Shown here one piece after another: positions 59,275-64,000 of a stretch of 64,000 nt of DNA; position 1 is the stretch's first letter, and the number at the start of each line of letters is the position of its first letter. The notes beneath the pieces were generated by a model. That model was not told the DNA's origin, did not search any database, and saw only the letters and a list, made by a program, of their open reading frames with translations. This stretch comes from Phycisphaerae bacterium (GTDB taxonomy: Bacteria; Planctomycetota; Phycisphaerae; Sedimentisphaerales; Sedimentisphaeraceae). A program made the translations under genes and the position numbers. The stretch is from positions 477 to 64,476 of the forward strand of contig JALWYQ010000034.1 in assembly GCA_027078365.1 (NCBI GenBank). The letters run 5' to 3'.

Positions 59275-60687
59275 TTAAGATTTTAAAAGACCAAAATAGT
59301 CATGCGCATTATTGTAGCAGATGTCTTTGAGCATATTTCCGATTAGGTCGAAGTCTTTTGGCAAAAGCCCTGCTTCTATATCATTGCCTAGCATGTTAGA
59401 CAATATACGCCTAAAGTATTCGTGTCTTGAGTAGGAAAGGAAACTTCTTGAGTCTGTTAGCATTCCAACAAATCTGCTTAGAAGCCCCATGTTGGATAGT
59501 GCGTTGATTTGTTTTTCCATGCCATCTTTTTGGTCTAGGAACCACCAACCAGAGCCAAACTGAATTTTACCCGCGACCGTACCATCTTGGAAGTTTCCAA
59601 TCATCGTAGCGATAATCTCGTTATCAGATGGGTTGATGTTGTATATGATTGTTTTTGGCAGGCTGTTAGTTCTATCGAGCCTGTCCAAGAATTTCGCTAG
59701 AGTTGCCGCAATCGGAAAATCACCAATTGAATCAAAGCCAGTATCAGCGCCTATAGATTCAAACATTCTGGTGTTATTGTTTCTCATTACGCCAAGATGT
59801 AGTTGCTGAGCCCAGCCGGCTTGAGCGTCCATAACGGCAAATTCATACATCATTGCCGATTTGAATTTTAACTGTTCTTGATGGTCAAGCTCTTTTGCGC
59901 TGCGCAGCTTGGTGAATATAGCGTCAATTTCTTTCTGGGTGTAATCTTCCGCGTAGAGAGTCTCAAGGCCGTGGTCGCTAATGCGCGTGCCATTCTCGTG
60001 AAAGAACTTATGCCTTATTCTCAAAGCATCGAGGTATGTTTGGAAGTCAACAATATCAACATCGCTAACGCTGGCGAGCTTATCAATCCAAGCGTTAAGC
60101 GCCGCAACATTCTCGGCCGCCATCGCCCTGTCTGGTCGCCAAGTTGGGCATACCTTTACGCTAAAATCGCTACGGGCAATCGCAATATGATGCTCAAGCG
60201 AATCGGTTGGGTCGTCGGTAGTGGCGACAACCTTGACGTTTGCCTTTTCAATTAAAGCTTTTGCCCTAAAACCATCGGTCGCTAAAAGCTCGTTTGCCCT
60301 TGCGTAAATCTCTTCGGCAGTATCCAACGATAGCAATTTATCCTTAATCCCAAACGGATTGGCGAGTTCTAGGTGAGTCCAATGATACAGCGGGTTGCGC
60401 AAGCAATAGGGAATAGTATAGGCCCATTTCTGGAACTTCTCCCAATCACTTGCGCAGCCAGTGCAGTATTCTTCACTAACACCATTAGTTCTCATTGCGC
60501 GCCATTTGTAATGGTCACCGTAGAGCCAAATCTGTGTTAGATTTTCATATTTCTTATTTGTAGCAATATCTTCTGGATTGAGATGGCAATGATAGTCGTA
60601 AATCGGCATATCTTTGGCATACTCGTGGTATAATCTTCTAGCCGAATCACTCTGCAGTAAAAAATCTTCATGTATAAATTCTGCCAT
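59275..60687 (-). CDS. uxaC: Glucuronate isomerase
   Basis: MAEFIHEDFLLQSDSARRLYHEYAKDMPIYDYHCHL N-terminus and overall length (470 aa) match UxaC. Confidence 0.92.
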   Translation of the reverse strand: MAEFIHEDFLLQSDSARRLYHEYAKDMPIYDYHCHLNPEDIATNKKYENLTQIWLYGDHYKWRAMRTNGVSEEYCTGCASDWEKFQKWAYTIPYCLRNPLYHWTHLELANPFGIKDKLLSLDTAEEIYARANELLATDGFRAKALIEKANVKVVATTDDPTDSLEHHIAIARSDFSVKVCPTWRPDRAMAAENVAALNAWIDKLASVSDVDIVDFQTYLDALRIRHKFFHENGTRISDHGLETLYAEDYTQKEIDAIFTKLRSAKELDHQEQLKFKSAMMYEFAVMDAQAGWAQQLHLGVMRNNNTRMFESIGADTGFDSIGDFPIAATLAKFLDRLDRTNSLPKTIIYNINPSDNEIIATMIGNFQDGTVAGKIQFGSGWWFLDQKDGMEKQINALSNMGLLSRFVGMLTDSRSFLSYSRHEYFRRILSNMLGNDIEAGLLPKDFDLIGNMLKDICYNNAHDYFGLLKS

Positions 60688-60721
60688 TGCCAGATCTCCA
60701 GATATTTAGAGGTTCCCTTTC

Positions 60722-62173
60722 CTAAACATCGTAAGTTGATGCGCTTGTTGAACCGCCCTTGCCCGTCCAGTTTGTGTGGAAGACTTCGCCTCTTGGCTTA
60801 TCAACGCGTTGATAAGTGTGGGCTCCAAAATAGTCTCTCTGAGCTTGGAGGAGGTTCGCTGGAAGACGCTCACTTCTATAACCATCGTAGTAAGATAGAG
60901 CCGCACTCATTGATGGGGTTGGAATACCCGCTTGGATAGCAGTAGATAGCACTCTGCGCCAACCGTCTTGAGCCTTTGTAATCGCATCTGTAAAGAATGG
61001 GTCGAGTAAGAGGTTCTTAAGCTCTGGGTTTGCATCAAAAGCCTCTTTAATCTTGCCAAGGAATACCGAACGGATAATACAGCCACCGCGCCACATCAAC
61101 GCGATTCCGCCGTAATTTAAATCCCAGCCGTACTCTTTAGCCGCTTCGCGCATCAGTTGATAACCTTGAGCGTAACTAACGATTTTTGAGGCGTACAATG
61201 CTTGACGCAAATCTTCAAGGAAGCTAGCTCTGTCAACTTCAATCTTAGAATCAACCGCTGGTAAAATCTTAGATGCTTCAACGCGTTCGTCTTTGAGCGC
61301 AGATAGGCATCTTGCAAAAACTGACTCAGCAATCAATGTTAGAGGCTGGCCTAGATTTAGAGCCTCGATACCTGTCCATTTACCAGTTCCCTTTTGACCG
61401 GCAGTATCTAGAATTAAATCTACTACTTCTCTGCCCTCTTCATCTTTATAGCCAAGAATGTCTCTTGTAATCTCGATTAGGTAAGAGTCTAGTTCTGTCT
61501 TGTTCCACTCGGCGAAAACGTCGTGCATCTCTTGGTTAGTCATTCCAAGCAAATCACGCATTATTTGGTAACACTCGCAGATTAGCTGCATATCGCCGTA
61601 TTCGATACCGTTGTGGACCATCTTAACAAAGTGACCCGCACCGCCTTGACCAACCCACTCGCAACATGGCTCGCCAGAATCTGTATGTGCAGCTATTTTT
61701 TGGAAAATCGGAGCAACCGCTTCCCATGCCTTAACAGATCCACCCGGCATAATAGATGGCCCCTTAAGAGCACCTTCTTCACCACCAGAAACACCGGTAC
61801 CGATGAACAACTTACCTTTGCTTTCAACGTACTCTACTCGTCTGATTGTGTCTGGGAAGTGGCTGTTGCCGCCATCAATAATAATGTCGCCATCTTCAAG
61901 GTGAGGCAAAACTTGATCAATAAACGCATCAACAACTGCGCCTGCCTTAACCATGAGCATTATCTTACGCGGAGTAGAAAGGCTCGCAACCATCTCTTCA
62001 ACACTATGACAACCTACAATGTTTTTGCCCTTAGCGCGACCGTTGATAAAGTTGTCCACTTTAGAGACTGTTCTGTTAAAACAAGAAACACGGAATCCCT
62101 TGCTCTCCATATTCAAAATGAGATTCTCTCCCATTACCGCCAAGCCTACAACTGCTATATCTGATTTTGACAT
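60722..62173 (-). CDS. gnd: 6-phosphogluconate dehydrogenase (decarboxylating)
   Basis: MSKSDIAVVGLAVMGENLILNMESKGF..., GGNSHFPDTIRR, GTGVSGGEEGALKGPSIMPGG. Closely parallels E. coli Gnd. I prefer the ATG at 62173 over the TTG at 62191. Confidence 0.95.
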   Translation of the reverse strand: MSKSDIAVVGLAVMGENLILNMESKGFRVSCFNRTVSKVDNFINGRAKGKNIVGCHSVEEMVASLSTPRKIMLMVKAGAVVDAFIDQVLPHLEDGDIIIDGGNSHFPDTIRRVEYVESKGKLFIGTGVSGGEEGALKGPSIMPGGSVKAWEAVAPIFQKIAAHTDSGEPCCEWVGQGGAGHFVKMVHNGIEYGDMQLICECYQIMRDLLGMTNQEMHDVFAEWNKTELDSYLIEITRDILGYKDEEGREVVDLILDTAGQKGTGKWTGIEALNLGQPLTLIAESVFARCLSALKDERVEASKILPAVDSKIEVDRASFLEDLRQALYASKIVSYAQGYQLMREAAKEYGWDLNYGGIALMWRGGCIIRSVFLGKIKEAFDANPELKNLLLDPFFTDAITKAQDGWRRVLSTAIQAGIPTPSMSAALSYYDGYRSERLPANLLQAQRDYFGAHTYQRVDKPRGEVFHTNWTGKGGSTSASTYDV

Positions 62174-62236
62174 ATCTAAATTCCCTATCAATTAATTATT
62201 AGTTAGAGGTTTTTTCTAAATTCTATTTCATATTGA

Positions 62237-63475
62237 TTACGCATCAGCCAAAAGCTGAGCAAACTTTTCTACAAGCTCGCTATCCTCGCCCTGCCAGAGC
62301 CATTCTAGGAGTTTGGTTATTTTCTCTTTGTCTAGTTCTTCTGGGGCAAAACGCAATTCTTGAACGACTTCGTTCTCGTCAGCGTTCTTTAAGAGATATT
62401 TGAGCCCATCTTTAGCACCACGCGCCATTTCTACCGGCTCAATACCTGCTTCTAGAGCGAGCTTCATAGCTCCAAATATTCTATCACGAGCGCTTAGTTT
62501 TCTCTTTGGATCTCTAGCCGCACGAGCAACAGCATCGGTTAGAAATGGGTTTGTCATTCTATCTAGAAGATCATCAGCATAGGCAGTGAATCCTTCTTGC
62601 GTGAATAGCTCATCGCCAAGCGATGCGTATTTATGGATAAGCCCAGCACCGGATACATTGATAAACGCCCTGCGAGCAATATCCATCAGCTCTTTATCAC
62701 CGCGCAGTTGGTCCATATTCTCATAACCTTTTTGTGCGCCTAGGTAAGCAAGCATTGCGTGGATTGCGTTGTGACCAAATAGCTTTGCCTCTTCAAATGG
62801 AAGTAAATCGCTCTTTTGCGCAAACACTTCAATACCAGGTGTAAAGTCTGTCAAATCAACCTTTGTTACTAAAATCTTATTGAACTCTTCAACAAGAAAC
62901 GCCTTCATAAAGTTCGGTGTTATTGTCTTTAGAGATTTCTCTTTTATGATTGTTTCATCAGTCGTAACTTGGCTCATCTTGCCAATAACAGTATTGAGAA
63001 ACTGCACCTTAGATTTTGGGATATCTACATACTTAGCAACAGCCTCTTCAAGCAGCTCGGCTGCATGGTTATTGTTTTCTGCTGCATAAGCAATCTTTGC
63101 ATCGACTGTACTATCTTTAATTCCCGCCGCAATCAGCTTGGCAACACTGCTTTCACCGAGGTCGTAAAAATTAACGCTTGGCAAAGATGTTACAATCTCA
63201 GTAGCATCCTTTAATGCACTTATCAATTGGGCTTTATCTTCTTGGTTAGTTGGATTGAAAATCTCAATACCATCTATCTGCTCAGTGATAACACTCTCAC
63301 TCGTTGCAACGTTCACATAGTATGTGCCATTATTATCTCTAATCGCATCAACAAGATTCTGATCTACCTCTGCGATAACTATTCTCTTAAAGTTTTTGCT
63401 TCTAAACGCCTCAGCAGCGAAAAGACCGCTTTGGATAGGACCAAAGCCAAAACCAACAAATACATGTTCTTTCAT
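62237..63475 (-). CDS. Mannitol-dehydrogenase-family oxidoreductase (polyol or sugar-acid reductase; substrate unknown)
   Basis: N-terminal Rossmann-like GFGFGPIQSGLF. C-terminal ARAARDPKRKLSARDRIFG parallels the MtlD segment [20 protein letters not shown]. Confidence 0.75.
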   Translation of the reverse strand: MKEHVFVGFGFGPIQSGLFAAEAFRSKNFKRIVIAEVDQNLVDAIRDNNGTYYVNVATSESVITEQIDGIEIFNPTNQEDKAQLISALKDATEIVTSLPSVNFYDLGESSVAKLIAAGIKDSTVDAKIAYAAENNNHAAELLEEAVAKYVDIPKSKVQFLNTVIGKMSQVTTDETIIKEKSLKTITPNFMKAFLVEEFNKILVTKVDLTDFTPGIEVFAQKSDLLPFEEAKLFGHNAIHAMLAYLGAQKGYENMDQLRGDKELMDIARRAFINVSGAGLIHKYASLGDELFTQEGFTAYADDLLDRMTNPFLTDAVARAARDPKRKLSARDRIFGAMKLALEAGIEPVEMARGAKDGLKYLLKNADENEVVQELRFAPEELDKEKITKLLEWLWQGEDSELVEKFAQLLADA

Positions 63476-63518
63476 TCGAATAAACCTTTAAATGTAAAAT
63501 ATTAATCTAGATGGTCTC

Positions 63519-64000
63519 TTAGTTAAACCTACCCTTATACGCCCAAAGTCCCATGCCGGGATTTGAGATGTAATATATTTTTTCTCCATCAACATCGTTA
63601 AAGCCGTCTTTGAGTTTTGATGGGTCGTATTTTTTACTCATACTCTCAAGGTCGCCATACTTAAAATTCACGCTCTCTATCTCTTCTTTTGATAGATTAC
63701 CAGGACAATAGGTAATGTTAAACCTGTCATCGCTAGAACCATGCATCAAGTGAGCTGCTGCGCTTAGATTTTGCTGGAGGTCTTCTTGGGTTTCAACTAG
63801 CTTGCGTATGTTCTCTGTGCCAATATAGCCATATTTACGAATTAGCCTATCAATCTCTTTATCTTCGCCAAACTCAGCAAGACCCGGTGCTAAAACAATA
63901 AGCTCGCCACCATCAGCCATCGCCATACGAGTTCGATAAATGCTCTTATTGCCAAGCCACGTACTCTTGAACTCTTCTGGTTCCAGATACACGACAACTT
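63519..64000 (-). CDS. C-terminal part of an unidentified protein; the ORF continues past the right edge
   Basis: The track ORF starts at a GTG at 63992, but the frame stays open to position 64000. No motif I can name with confidence. Confidence 0.7.
   Translation of the reverse strand, partial: VVVYLEPEEFKSTWLGNKSIYRTRMAMADGGELIVLAPGLAEFGEDKEIDRLIRKYGYIGTENIRKLVETQEDLQQNLSAAAHLMHGSSDDRFNITYCPGNLSKEEIESVNFKYGDLESMSKKYDPSKLKDGFNDVDGEKIYYISNPGMGLWAYKGRFN

Overview
The window reads as a gene-dense, low-GC (by eye, not computed) bacterial chromosome segment using the standard genetic code. I support 43 protein-coding genes, one tRNA-Lys(CUU), and several intrinsic terminators and sigma70-like promoters. 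I recognised no rRNA, CRISPR array, transposase, integrase or known defence gene.

Housekeeping genes:
- Information processing and biosynthesis: ileS, ahcY, serA, a phosphohexomutase, an inositol monophosphatase, an archaeal-type topoisomerase VI B subunit.
- Carbon metabolism: gnd, uxaC, a PfkA-family phosphofructokinase, a mannitol-dehydrogenase-family enzyme.
- Energy and transport: etfBA plus a long acyl-CoA dehydrogenase, a SulP permease, a CDF transporter.
- A redox cluster: peroxiredoxin, DsrE-like protein, nitroreductase, HAD hydrolase, methyltransferase.

Cell-envelope and accessory loci between them:
1. 1-3783: a consensus-promoter-driven, translationally coupled module. It encodes a small secreted peptide whose C-terminus is (STGC)9-SYGC, specified by a 12-bp tandem repeat, followed by two large polytopic membrane proteins. 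The second of these runs off the left edge and is missing from the ORF track.
2. 7147-15226, beside tRNA-Lys: a Sec-signal RHS/YD-repeat toxin with an unrecognised glycine-rich C-terminal domain, a two-TM candidate immunity gene, two small lipoprotein paralogues, and an upstream beta-helix/dockerin-like/FlgD-Ig-like protein.
3. 20325-32912: a 4195-aa surface protein with about 34 PKD-like domains. Twenty-five are near-identical 252-bp units, and three are paired with LamG-like modules.
4. 36680-40637: five tandem paralogues of a small PEP-CTERM-anchored protein family with conserved promoters, leaders and terminators.
5. 56183-58603: a propeller/beta-helix/dockerin-like protein, followed by a 670-nt non-coding region with duplicated GC-rich hairpin motifs.

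PEP-CTERM signals, dockerin-like segments and LamG/PKD giant proteins suggest an environmental Gram-negative, possibly from the PVC superphylum. That is inference only.

All functional calls come from motif recognition by eye. No database search was run.
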